The notes under the pieces: generated by a model
What the model was told of the DNA's origin: nothing
What the model saw: the letters and a program-made list of their open reading frames with translations, nothing else
The model's database searches: none
Position numbers and translations under genes: made by a program
Assembly: GCA_002633005.1 (NCBI GenBank)
Contig: NMRA01000050.1
Location: 681,820-745,819, forward strand
DNA from: Phoronis australis
Taxonomy: Eukaryota; Animalia; Phoronida
DNA length: 64,000 nt
Reading direction: 5' to 3'
Part shown: piece after piece, positions 38,901 through 48,755 of the stretch
Layout of the letters: each line of letters opens with the position of its first letter
How positions within the stretch are numbered: position 1 is the stretch's first letter

Positions 38901-41900
38901 ATACAAACAACACAAGGACAATGCGGAGGTAGTAGAACACATCTGTACCCTCTTGATGGAGTTAGTTGAGTATGGTAAGTGACTCATGCTGCCAGTCGCG
39001 TGTTACTTCAGTCTATCATTCATGTGACCAGTTACATATTACTTCAATCATTCAGATTTTTCTAGTTGATGGGAAGTGGAAACTTTAAGTTACATAAAGT
39101 GTGGTAAAATTCTTTTGAAAAATTGTTATTTGCCCACATATTTATATGTGGACGCATTATGCCGTCATCTCCGTCCGTCTGTCCGGCGTCTGTCCGTCCG
39201 GCGTCCGTCTGGGGTCTGCCGCTCTATCTCCAAAATCCTTTGACATAAGTGCATGAAATTTGGCACATATGTTCCATTCATGAATGGGACGGCATGAGCG
39301 AACTTTCGGATGGATCCGACTACTGTTGTGCCCCCTGGTGGCAATTTTAGTTTTTTGCGCTTACCTTTGTATCTTCAAAAGTCCTTAACAGATTTTCATG
39401 AAATTTGGTATTTAGGCACCTATTAGTGAGATGACGCTATCCTCCTGTTTTCGGATGGATTCGACGTAGTTTGCGCCACCTAGTGGCCATTTTTACTGTT
39501 TTTGAGTCTTTTTTCTTTTGCGTTCACACCTCTGTCAACCAAACCGCTCAAAGGATGATTGTAAACATTGGTGAGTATGTTTTTGCTTTGAAGTGGACGG
39601 TTGACGATAATTTTCCGACAATTTCGACAACTGTGGCACCTCCTAGTGGCAGTTTTTTTTTTGCGCCTATGGCTTTATCTTCTAAACCGTTCACGGGATC
39701 TTTACGAAATTTAGTAAGTATATTTATATGATGTTAACAACAGACGACGAAGACTTTCGGACAGATCTGACAACTGGTGTGCCACCTAGTGGCAATTTTT
39801 ATTTTACGTTTACCTCTGTATCTTCAAAGGTCCTCATCGTATTTTCATAAAATTTGGCATATAAGCATCTATTAACGAGGTTTCTCTATCTCTCCGTTTT
39901 CAGATGAATTCGACCTGGTTTGTGCCACCTAGGGGCCATTTTTACTGTTTTTTGGCGTCCACTGGTAGTTTTGTTTTGTTTTGCGCCCATAGTTGTATCT
40001 CCTGAACCCACTGCAGGATCTTTATTAAATTCAGTAAGTGTATTTATATGAAGATAACAACTGACGATGACGACTTTCTGGTGGATCCAACAGACACTGT
40101 GCTCACTAGTGGCAATTTTATTTTATTCTGTTTTGCTTTGTTTCTCTGAAGTTCCTTGACAGATTTGTATGAAATATGGCATGTTCCTGTTTTTGGATGG
40201 ATTGTATGTTTTTGCGCTGTCTAGTGGCCATTTTTATGATACAAATAAATAACCCTAAAAGCACACAATTTGCAATGCACTCGTGGGTGCATTTCAATGC
40301 TCCGCATTGCTCTTGTTTAGATTCTTGGAAACTGGAAAATGAGATGTTACTAAAGCCTTGGGTCTAGTCTTTTTAGTCCAAACGGAACTCAAAATTATTT
40401 ATCACATTTTAAATTCTGCTTGAGTACAGACTAATGATAAGTGTTCATTTTTGTGTGTTTGAGTTTTAATAATTTACACAGATGAATCATTGGTAAATCC
40501 ATGTTTTCACCCTGATGACCCTAGGTTCAAGCTACAAAGTTGAATAAAAACTGTGACTCGAAGGTATACAGCTTGCTTATTAATAGTGAAGTGCAAACGA
40601 GGATTACAAGGTAATCCGTGGAAATCACCTTGCATAGAATAATAGACACTTAGGGCTGTTCCAGCAAAATTCCTATAGGAGGGGGGACGGCAGTTAAAAT
40701 ATAAAGTCATGGTTGGTGTTCTTCGGAAAAAACTCAAATTATGGGTGGCCATTCTTGTAAGAAGTTAAGCTTAAAAACCGGGTGGTATTTTTGACCTGTA
40801 AATGTTGACAGGTTGGTATTTTCAGCCGAACACATCTCAAAGGAAACCAAAACTCACCAAAAATTCACTTGGCAAATGCCCAAACATATCCCAAAACAAA
40901 ACACAAACCCATGTTGCTAGTGTACAGAGTGCAATATGTACACTATGCCGTTAATCAAGTCATAGGCAACTTGATTTCAAGCACATGTTGTACTGCAGTC
41001 ATATTAGAATGAAAATTTCTGCAACACTAAACAGGTGTTAACGCATATAAGAAAATTAAAAGATTTTTGAATAAAAAGTATGAGGAGTGACTAAGATAGA
41101 CAAGGCAATATTCACTTGACATAGCAGTCTAAAAGCATTCGTGGGGACAGTTTGAGATTCATAGATCCATGAAATTGGTACCCCGTTAGTTTTCAACTAC
41201 TCAAGTCATTGCTTGTCCGTCAATTATCTTGAAACCACTTAATGGATCATGATGACATTTGGCATAGAGATAGACAGCTGGCATGCACCAGCACCAATCG
41301 ATTTTCGGACAGATTTGGCTACCATAGCACCCCCTGTTGGCCATTTTAGTTTTTGACAAGACAGGTGGATTATCTCCAAAACTGCGTTTTATATTTCAAC
41401 TTAATTAAAAATTATGGGTCCGTCTTTCGTTATCATTTTTTGTCCGCTTGGCGGATTATGATCAAATTTGGTATAGAGGTAATTGGCGTGGATGCCCCAG
41501 CATTGCCAGTTACTTTGAAACCGCTTGACAGATCTTGATGACATTTGGCATAGATATAGATGGCTGGTATGCACTGGTACCAGTTGATTTTTTGGACAGA
41601 TTTGGCTAATGTAGCACCAGTGTGGTCCATTTTAATTTTTGACAAGACAGGTTGATTATCTCAAAAACTATGGAAGTATCTCCTAAACCACATGCAAGAT
41701 GGTTTTGAAATGTTGCAGTTGCATTCCCATTAACTAGACAGCAAGTGGATGGATGTGACTATTGCTGTGGTTCCTAATAGCAGTTTGTTTTTTATATTTG
41801 CCTTTATGTCTTTGGAGTTCTTTGACGGATTTTCATAAAATTTGGCAAATAATTTTGAGACGATGACATCTTCCTATTTTTGGATGGGTTCACTGTATTC

Positions 41901-44900
41901 TGTGCCATCCACAAATTACAGTAGTAGTAATGAACAAGTGTGACTTGACTGTTTAATTATTGAAAATCTGGAAAGTAATGCATTTTTGTGGATTGAAGAT
42001 GGGCAGTTAAAGCTTAATTGGTTGAATGAGAAAAAGTTCCATGAAGATTAGCTCTGTTTCTGGAATGGAGGTGAAAATTAAGAAATAAATAGATTTAAGC
42101 GTGACTAAATTAGCTGATGATGACATAATAAATATGACAGTTATCTAGTAGTAGTCAAACATTTTATGATGGTATGCTGTAGTCATTGTATTGAATGTTG
42201 TATTCTAGATGATGTTTGTGATGAGTTGAAATCACTGAATGTTGAGGCTATTCTGAAAGAGGTGCAGAAAAAGTTTTTGAAAAACCAGGTGAGACATGCG
42301 CCCTAGGTGGGATTAATCTCTGAAACCATCTTGCTGGTGACCTGGTCTATTGTGGCTTGGTGGTGTGCTGCTGAAATTTTCTGGCCTATATTTTGGGCCA
42401 ATTATCCTTTGATTTGGGACTTTTTTTGTCTTTATTTATTAATAAGATGATCATTTTCTGATACTGTGTATCTTTGGTTACCTTGACTTGTGTTTCACAA
42501 AAGCCTATTGTGACAGTTTTTTGGGGTTTGTCTGCTTTTGAATGTGGTAATTTTATTGATTTTCATTGTAATTCAATCAAAATTGGAAAACGGGATAGAT
42601 TCTAAGAATTATAGAAATGATTCCAGGATACTTAGCGGCCACCAGCTGTTGCACTCGGTCAATCAGCAAGATAGTTTAGTACTTCCACAGCCTCTGTATG
42701 AAGCCTTACCCACAAAACACATGGCACTCTCATGAATATGTCTTGTGTTAGACCTGTCAAACTTTCCCTTTCAATTGACCATTCCCAGTTTCCTCCTGCT
42801 TGAGCAGTAGTTCTGTATTAGCTTCAGAATCATCCAAACAAATTCTAAGCTGTTCCAAGGATTTCCTTACTGGACTTCAACACTCCACCACTTGTAGTAA
42901 AACTAATTTATCGCGGTCTGCTGTAGCCCATCTTGGAAGCTTGGGCACAGTCTGCTTGGAGGGCAGTCGGCCTTTTTTGGATAACGGTTTAGCTGGGTTG
43001 CAAATCTGAGAGGATATTTTAACCAGGCCATGTATAAACTCATCTAAATATAAAGAGCTAGAATTGTTCCTCAAGGGGGCTTGAAATATCTCTGCATACC
43101 TATACATATACATGTACATATACATACATAAAATACTGCATATGGAATACGTTTACTGTTTAAAGACTTTAAAATCACACCAATAATCATTTTATGACAC
43201 CAAAACTTATATCATGCAAATGTGCTGTAGTGATCTCCTATCCCATTTTCATAATTACCTAATTTGAACTGACACTCCAAATTTATATCAAAATGATGAA
43301 AATGCAACCCAAATTTGACCAGGAAATTTGAAAATACACTCCATCCTAGTGTCATTTTCCCACTCATCCTATAGCTTTTACTGTCTGTGCCTGGGTCTGC
43401 TTTACTCACCTTCAAAGCTGTAAGGTATTTACTGGGGTCTTATTTACTCTGAAAGCTGTTTGCTATCTGCTGGCATCTGCTTTACTCACCTTGAAAGTTA
43501 TAAGCAACATGCTAGGTTTGGTTTACCCATGCTGGAGATGTAGGCTATTTGCTTGCGTCTGCTTTAATCTTCCTTGGCAGTAAATCTGGTGCTGGATATT
43601 GAAATGTATTCTGCATCATGGTGAATCAGTTGCCACTAGTAGTAGTGACTGGGAATGGCAAGTGAAAGGGACAAGTCTGGCTGCCATAACAAGAGCTTGT
43701 TTACAGTAAAAGGTATTGTGAACCAAAGCTCTTGGTCTACTGGCTGTGCTCTGTTTACGAGTTTGATTTGTTATTGAACAGATGAAGTGATGGAAGAAAT
43801 GAAATATTTAAAAGTCTTGGAGACTGTTCTAAATGAAATACACAAACGCTATAAAGAAAATGCGGTAAGAGAGTGACTCAACTAACTCTCTGTGTGCGCT
43901 CATTTTCATTCATCTTTCTCAACATTGCTTCCCCTGTGTAGTATACTAAAACTTGGTACTAATATAGAGTGAAGCTTTTCCCTTTCTTCAACATTGCAAA
44001 TAGGTTTTGAGGTTGTTCCTTTCAAACTTTTATGATCTTTAATGTTGTTGGCCTGGTATATATTCACAAACTCCATCATTGTCGTTGTTAGTTAGGCTTA
44101 TGGATGTACAGACTGGCCAGGTTACTGTTGATAGCCAGTGATGTAGACATACTGACTGGCCAGGTTACTGTTGATAGCCAGTGATGTAGACATACTGACT
44201 GGCCAGGTTACTGTTGATAGCCAGTGATGTAGACATACTGACTGGTCAGGTTAGTGTTAATAGATATGTAGCCAGTGATATAGATTTATACACAGCCCAG
44301 GTTACTGTTGGTTGCCAGTGGTACAGACATACACACAGCCCAGGTTACTGCTGGTAGCCAGTGATGTAGACATACAGACTGGCCAGGTTACTGATGGTAG
44401 CCAGTGATATAGACATACAGACTGCCCAGGTAACTGTTGGGAGACATACATACTGGCCAAGTTACTGTTAAACGCCAGTGATACAGACATACACACAGTC
44501 CAGGTTACTGTTAGTAGCCAGTGACATAGACATACATTGGTCAGATTACTGTTAAAAGCCAGTGATATAGACATACAGACTGCCCAGGTTAATGTTGATA
44601 GCCAGTGATGTAGACATACAGACTGGTCAGATTACTGTTAAAAGACAGTGATATAGACATACAGACTGCCCAGGTTAATGTTGATAGCCAGTGATGTAGA
44701 CATACAGACTGGCCAGGTTAGTGTTAGTAGAAAGTGATATAGGTATTCACAGACTTACCAGAATGGGGAATGGTACCAAGGCACGGTTGATACAGATTGT
44801 ATGGGAGAAATGGACCTGTCAAAGTACATTGTAGTATGTATAATATTGATCCGCCTTTGAATTAGTTTTGTGAATTGGTATTAACTGAAGAATTAAGCAG

Positions 44901-45413
44901 TTTGATGTGCAAACACTAATTCTGTGTCTTCAAAAATCTTACTAGTTATTGCTTTGCCTTTTGTTCTTGAAGACTTGAGTCTTTAGAATTGCTTAATGTT
45001 CTTTTTAATCACTTGAATAAGTAAGTAACACACGCCTCCTTCCAACTAGTTTTAGGTACTTTTACTAATGTTTTAACTTCATTTCAAGTTGTAGGGCATA
45101 CATTTACCTAAGATAGAATAACCTTTTCCCAAAAGAGAGGCAATCCAACTGCACCAAATGTATGGTCGACAATTTCTGAGACCAGAACTATCAATCATTA
45201 TCAACATTGATGCAAGTTTAACAGAAATAGATTCAGTGTGCTATTGACTACATGAAAGTATACAGTGTCATTACAGTGGCTGGTTGCTGTTCTTATGTTT
45301 TGGTGTGTGTGTGTTGACAGGACATTCTTGCTCCCTGTGAAGCGACAATAGCAAAGTTAGGTGGAGGAAAGGTCACTCAACGGCCCACTTCGGCGAGAAA
45401 CAGGAAGAAGTGA
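8939..45413 (+). CDS. STKLD1: STKLD1/SgK071-family protein (kinase domain plus ARM-like repeats); 19 coding exons, 654 aa with exon 18a or 655 aa with 18b
   Basis: All introns are GT-AG with matching phases; CDS sums to 1965 or 1968 nt. Recalled STKLD1 signatures are present (MENYK, KKVECxDE, YKEFFVTW...CIVME, HRxLKPSN, WMAPE), followed by helical repeats. Confidence 0.9.
9531..10190. mobile_element. Non-autonomous AcademH-like DNA transposon
   Basis: Termini TAGCC...GGCTA with a ~20-bp imperfect TIR; perfect 9-bp TSD TAGCTTTGA (9522-9530 and 10191-10199); homologous to 27391-28109 and 49729-50592 in the opposite orientation. Confidence 0.75.
11919..12005 (+). CDS. STKLD1: STKLD1 exon 2, LKNRLGKGAQGSVYLAENKVDSKTYVLKK (Gly loop, beta-3 Lys)
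   Basis: ttacag| acceptor and |gtaagt donor; 87 nt, phase 0-0. Confidence 0.93.
13283..13458. repeat. Minisatellite, ~55-60 bp unit x3
   Basis: agtttatttaatatgg...aagaagctaacgttaacaca..ttct is repeated three times. Confidence 0.8.
14714..14758 (+). CDS. STKLD1: STKLD1 exon 3, VECTDESEATKAFKE (alpha-C Glu)
   Basis: ttcatag| acceptor and |gtaagt donor; 45 nt, phase 0-0. Confidence 0.92.
15711..15880. repeat. Minisatellite, 33-bp unit x5
   Basis: aggtgtccatgggccttatggtgttgtgcagta in perfect copies. Confidence 0.95.
16565..16937 (+). mobile_element. 5'-truncated LINE 3' end, same family as 3805-4165
   Basis: FFLYGCQELNPNENKVLFEIVSEF followed by a UTR ending aataaacattaaaaaa. Confidence 0.6.
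17742..20096 (+). mobile_element. HINE/DINE-like (Helentron-associated) non-autonomous element
   Basis: T-run, then ATGCACC with palindrome ccacatatttatatgtgg, a GTCC-type microsatellite, internal tandem repeats with core ccacctagtgg, a 3' hairpin and GGTGCAT subTIR, ending in TT. A second copy lies at 39126-40318. Confidence 0.7.
18168..18856. mobile_element. hAT (Tip100-like) non-autonomous element nested in the HINE
   Basis: 8-bp TSD GTTCTTAC (18160-18167 and 18857-18864). Termini cgtagacat...atgtctgca, inner inverted repeat tagaccggg/cccggtcta, and a second pair gccatattggagagtgcta/tagcactctccaatatggc. The host repeat resumes exactly across it. Confidence 0.75.
21021..21095 (+). CDS. STKLD1: STKLD1 exon 4, AMALNGLQHPYVCGYKEFFVTWDKE
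   Basis: ttgtag| acceptor and |gtaaga donor; 75 nt, phase 0-0. Confidence 0.93.
22364..22468 (+). CDS. STKLD1: STKLD1 exon 5, ESAMFVCIVMELYKNGDLDKALSMKRSKKASIDEV (hinge)
   Basis: ctacag| acceptor and |gtgcgt donor; 105 nt, phase 0-0. Confidence 0.92.
22731..22801 (+). CDS. STKLD1: STKLD1 exon 6, VIKKWMGQVIEALISVHSKGVIH(R)
   Basis: gtgtag| acceptor and AG|gtaaaa donor; 71 nt, phase 0-2. Confidence 0.93.
23369..23481 (+). CDS. STKLD1: STKLD1 exon 7, DLKPSNIFVKEDLGLAIGDFGVATLMGDARTKTRTTV (catalytic loop, DFG)
   Basis: caacag| acceptor and G|gtaagc donor; 113 nt, phase 2-1. Confidence 0.95.
23847..29005. mobile_element. 5.2-kb non-autonomous TIR DNA transposon (CACTA/EnSpm-like architecture, superfamily uncertain) in intron 7
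   Basis: ~65-70 bp TIR CAGCACACATCACRAATTTTTGGC...GGTCGGAAATTGGTCGACGAC at both ends, each flanked by TA. Many GCCGACC/GGTCGGC subterminal repeats; no transposase ORF seen. Confidence 0.8.
27391..28109. mobile_element. AcademH-like non-autonomous element nested in the 5.2-kb element
   Basis: Starts TAGCCTTGG, homologous to 9531-10190; flanks GGAAGGCTG and GGAAGGCTC match at 8 of 9 positions. Confidence 0.7.
30183..30736. repeat. Minisatellite, 26-bp unit x~21 (contains 'n' at 30623, so true length is uncertain)
   Basis: caagccagggtggttatgatcattac repeats. Confidence 0.95.
30809..31005 (+). CDS. STKLD1: STKLD1 exon 8, (G)SMNWMAPEVLERPYDERIDVWSAGCIFLEM...VKS
   Basis: ttacag| acceptor and |gtgagt donor; 197 nt, phase 1-0; APE and DVWSxG motifs. 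Confidence 0.95.
31470..31712. repeat. Degenerate ~40-bp tandem repeat x6
   Basis: Recurring gtactt.tctgggcattgtagacatctc motif. Confidence 0.6.
32008..32084 (+). CDS. STKLD1: STKLD1 exon 9, QGYSDKLIAVIRTMLRKNFKQRPTS (subdomain XI Arg)
   Basis: ttaacag| acceptor and AG|gtgagt donor; 77 nt, phase 0-2. Confidence 0.92.
32560..32707. repeat. Minisatellite, 36-bp unit x4
   Basis: gcttgaaaacagctggta(a/g)ttatggcttgacacagt repeats. Confidence 0.95.
32788..33462. repeat. Minisatellite, 51-bp unit x~13
   Basis: cacctctagttatagtgagggtcatgttgatacacacagcgtgatctaaat repeats. Confidence 0.95.
34318..34415 (+). CDS. STKLD1: STKLD1 exon 10, ELKELPYVKECLQIAGVDHEDKKAQQANSSGV (kinase end and linker)
   Basis: ttgcag| acceptor and C|gtgagt donor; 98 nt, phase 2-1. 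Confidence 0.9.
34995..35231 (+). CDS. STKLD1: STKLD1 exon 11, AIPKGEGVDKLLAHLK...GFDVLKNLIVN
   Basis: ttccag| acceptor and T|gtgagt donor; 237 nt, phase 1-1. Confidence 0.9.
35707..35771 (+). CDS. STKLD1: STKLD1 exon 12, QESDALISSPLMIITICVVLT
   Basis: tttcag| acceptor and |gtaagt donor; 65 nt, phase 1-0. Confidence 0.8.
36040..36106 (+). CDS. STKLD1: STKLD1 exon 13, THPNNKKVQLAGISLLNALSVD
   Basis: ttgcag| acceptor and G|gtaagt donor; 67 nt, phase 0-1. Confidence 0.88.
36519..36647 (+). CDS. STKLD1: STKLD1 exon 14, ARM-like repeat EAQEIIGKNKGLSVILDSMRQF...AIWGLTVN
   Basis: ttgtag| acceptor and G|gtcagt donor; 129 nt, phase 1-1. Confidence 0.9.
37111..37239 (+). CDS. STKLD1: STKLD1 exon 15, ARM-like repeat DNAKSLTDDSVLDDVCKAMQTF...LLSLSME
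   Basis: ttgcag| acceptor and G|gtaagc donor; 129 nt, phase 1-1. Confidence 0.9.
37546..37677 (+). CDS. STKLD1: STKLD1 exon 16, ARM-like repeat ENLDRSNDLNCVGLLINALKIH...ALSSLVEPD
   Basis: ctgtag| acceptor and G|gtacga donor; 132 nt, phase 1-1. Confidence 0.9.
38825..38974 (+). CDS. STKLD1: STKLD1 exon 17, ARM-like repeat ECAFKVLSND...ICTLLMELVEY
   Basis: ttacag| acceptor and G|gtaagt donor; 150 nt, phase 1-1. Confidence 0.9.
39126..40318 (+). mobile_element. HINE-like element, second copy
   Basis: Same 5' palindrome ccacatatttatatgtgg, (GTCC/GTCT)n tract, ccacctagtgg repeats and 3' end as 17742-20096; fewer internal repeats and no nested hAT. Confidence 0.7.
41200..41910. mobile_element. 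Degenerate HINE-like fragment
   Basis: Repeating units ttatctc...gatga(c/a)atttggcataga...gattttcggacagatttggcta; the last part resembles the repeats in 39126-40318. Confidence 0.45.
42209..42288 (+). CDS. STKLD1: STKLD1 exon 18a, (D)DVCDELKSLNVEAILKEVQKKFLKNQ
   Basis: ttctag| acceptor and CAG|gtgaga donor; 80 nt, phase 1-0. Confidence 0.85.
43782..43864 (+). CDS. STKLD1: STKLD1 exon 18b (alternative to 18a), (D)EVMEEMKYLKVLETVLNEIHKRYKENA
   Basis: gaacag| acceptor and GCG|gtaaga donor; 83 nt, phase 1-0; aligns with 18a with one gap. Confidence 0.8.
44104..44760. repeat. Minisatellite, 43-bp unit x~15
   Basis: agacatac(t/a)gactggccaggttactgttgatagccagtgatgt repeats. Confidence 0.93.
45321..45413 (+). 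CDS. STKLD1: STKLD1 last coding exon, DILAPCEATIAKLGGGKVTQRPTSARNRKK*
   Basis: tgacag| acceptor, phase 0; TGA at 45411-45413. Confidence 0.88.
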   Translation, partial: DILAPCEATIAKLGGGKVTQRPTSARNRKK

Positions 45414-45435
45414 AGATGCATTGTGGGACATGACT

Positions 45436-45441
45436 AATAAA
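45436..45441 (+). terminator. Candidate polyadenylation signal AATAAA
   Basis: First AATAAA after the stop; others occur near 46066, 46971 and 46995, so the site actually used is unknown. Confidence 0.35.
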
Positions 45442-47451
45442 CTGTCCTTCAGACTTGTACTGACTCATATGTGATTAATCAAAAACTTTGTAAAAAGTGT
45501 ACATTTGCATGTGAAAATTACTATATGTATTGTTACAGTATGGCTTTTTAATATATACATGTAGTTTTGTACTAATGAGTGTTGTTAAGTTGTTATGTGA
45601 AGCTAATTTTATGTCTACAATCCTGTAAACATTCCTTTTGTTACCTGTTATGTTTAATGGTTGTTCCTTGTATCCCTCACATTGCTCTATTTTTGCAACA
45701 GTAGGCTGATATTTTTTAAAGTAGGTAGGGGATCTGTTTTGTCAGCATACCTAAATAAGTTGGGATTTTGGCCAGCACCCGCTGCAGGTGACCAGTTTGT
45801 GTGATTTGGAAGTTGTTGGGGTTGGCTGTAATGATGATCCATGCATTTAGCTTGTTGAACTCTTAAGGGAAGCTGAGGTTTAAAATCGTTTTCACCCTCA
45901 TTGGATCTTAAATTGTTGCGGAATGAGCCAGAACCTGAATTCGCTGGTAATGCGTTGTCCCACAGACCAAACTGGGTTGGCCAACGCAAGTAAACCCTAA
46001 AGCTTTTTCTTGAGTCTCTAATGGTTTCAAGGTTCTTGTTGAAAAGTAGAATCCTGTCAAGTTAAAATAAAGACAAGAACTTTTCTAAAAATGTAGCCAC
46101 ATTTTGGAAAATTGTGTTGTCTTTATTCAAGCTTTACTTGTGTTCGTCAAAGTTTTGTTCGTCAATGCGAGATCTTTCGGTAGAATTTTATCATGGTACA
46201 TGTAACTAATGTTCTTACCGTAGACCGATTTTATTAGAGTAAAATGTCTAATGCCCTTCTCATTCTCGGTCAGCTGAACAGGGCGAAATGAACCTTTCAT
46301 AAAAATGGTGAGGTAGTGGGAATGCCTAATAAGTCCACCGTATTTTCCGTCCAAAGCCCTGGAATCATATTTGCAAGCTAGAACTGTTGTGAGATGGAAT
46401 ATTAGATTTTGAAACATTAGTATAGATGAAACACGCAGGTCATTGACTTGTTACAGCTTTGATGCGGCAACCACCACGCTCCCTAGCCGTGATTGAACGG
46501 CACAGCTTGGCTTTACCCCGTGTTTCGCTAGATCTCTCTGACTCTGGGGAAAGCTTCATCTTAATAGGTGACGCTTGGCCAATTGTACTTAAAAATAACC
46601 ACAATTAAAAGTACGTGGAAGTACATGTCCTGCGAGATGTGAGCAACCGAACTCGCACACTTCGCAGCTTGGGACACGCGGCAAACATTACTCAACTTGA
46701 CGGAAATCGGCTGCAGCTGCATTGCGTCGGGAGCTGCTACCAATGCAGCACGAACTTTTGTCCCGGACACGAGCCGACTACGCGTAATCAGCTCCATTGT
46801 ATGGGGTTACCTTGCATGGTTTTTAAAGTCCACGAAGACAATGCTGCTCTGTTTCAACATATTTTTTATCTGTGTTTTGACTGTGTGCATGTGTGTTGGT
46901 GAAACTCATGTGTTGAAAGGTATGCCTTTTGTTATAAATATACGTGTACTGACTTAATTAACACCAAGTGAATAAAGTTACACCATTACTACCAAATAAA
47001 CTACAATGTGAAAGAGTATAAATGTTGTATTCATGTTACCTATACAAAGATAGACTACAGGGAAATGACATTCTTGAAGTTGGCCACGGCGTTACTATGA
47101 GTCTTCACTGCGTGGCCATCTCCTCACATTGTCTGTTTTGAATGTTACGTTACTGATTTAAAGAGCTAGCAAACATGCACAGAAAGTACCTACAAGGCTT
47201 GACATAACTAGATAACTTACTTCAAAATCGGATGCTCTCATTCGAAGTTTTTTAAAACCACCTGCTTATGATACACTTGTGTCAAGTCACGATGTAATAG
47301 ATTGATTATTGAGAAGTCTTCAAACTGTCAATATTTTATGAAGGAAGTACCAGAACAAGTATGCAAGAGTTGAAAAGGGAATATAAGATACTACCTTGTC
47401 AGAGAGCGCTATGTAGGTAGTTGATACTACTGTTTGTGCCAATAAAGCAAA

Positions 47452-47986
47452 AACTTAACAGCACGTTGACCTGGAAGAACAATCAGTAGGTTAAAGAGGT
47501 ATAACCGCTGGTTTGGCAGCCGAAACACGCAGGTTTGGGATTATTTGTTTTATGGGATAGAAGTATAAATGAAACATTACAATGACCTATAGGAAATCCT
47601 ATCCTACAGGACCCATTGGTAAATGCCATAGGAAGTCCTGTATGATTTCCTATAGGATCCTATTGAACTTCCTGTAGATGAAATTCTCTTAAAACAAAAA
47701 TATAAAAGGGTAAACTATATTGCTGGCATTATAGTTGTTTCATTTCTGGTGTTGTAAATTATAATGTGTCCAAACTTCTAAGGAAACGTTTTGATTATTT
47801 GTATGGCTTAGTGGCTAAAATGGAGTTTCTCAACTGGACAATAGGTGTCACTGAAAAGTGATTCAGTGAACGGTTATCGTTACAGCAATTAAAACACTGG
47901 ACATAAGATTACAGCTTTGACTACCAGAGAGCAACATAAAAGCCTATAGCATCAGCATTTAAATATTAAGTTATTTGAACATGTTG
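47452..47986. repeat. Segment present in reverse complement at 54431-54966
   Basis: ~535-bp inverted near-identity with scattered substitutions and small indels. Confidence 0.9.
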
Positions 47987-48741
47987 AAAAAACAAACGCT
48001 TTAAGAACCTTAAAAACTTCTTTAAACGTCTCTACAATGGATTTTTGCACATTTCATGACACAGTCCTTCCGATTTGGGGTTTTGTTACCCTAACGCCTA
48101 AGCCAGACTTTGGCTTACCCGTCCTAATCGATTCACAGATTAATGCTCATACCGGTTAGTAGTCTGAAGAAAACCTATTAGCCATTTTTGTCTTAGAATG
48201 CATTGATTTGCAAATTGAAAGACTGCTACTATTTGCTTTTCAATTTAAAAAAACAGTCATGTTGGTCGTCAGCCTTACTTATTTTTTTGACTTTTTCAAA
48301 GTCTTTGAAACTGGTACAGTAACAGGCGTGTTGGTTCACGTCCGTAATTATCTCATCCAGCACGTGCAGCCAAGCCCATAGTCCCGTCCACACAGTCAAC
48401 CAGGTACCTTACACTAGTGCAACTTATCCCACATTTGAATGAGGCGTCCACACACGCACGCAAGCACGCACACACGTATACGATAAGTGTGAGGGTAAGG
48501 CAGAAGTTGTCGCTCTATGTGTGACAAAGAATCCCACATGTGTCAAAGAATCCCTCGTGTGAATACGCGCGCAAGAGAATCAGTCGCCTGTAAGTAACCG
48601 CAGCTGATAATTTACTTGCGCTTTGTCCCAGGTTTGCGGCCACCTGTTGGCCTACCTCGGTAATTAACTCGGGTGGAGAAAGTCTGTCGGTTGTCACAGG
48701 TGGTGTAAGTTGTTCTAGTTTACATACTATAGCGTCCACAC

Positions 48742-48755
48742 CATAGACATCTATG
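48742..48755. mobile_element. 14-bp TIR-only hAT-like relic
   Basis: GTCCACAC|CATAGACATCTATG|GTCCACAC. Confidence 0.65.

Noticed and set aside
34975-38987. Minus-strand ORFs overlapping exons 11, 15, 16 and 17
   Set aside because: Antisense shadows of real coding exons.
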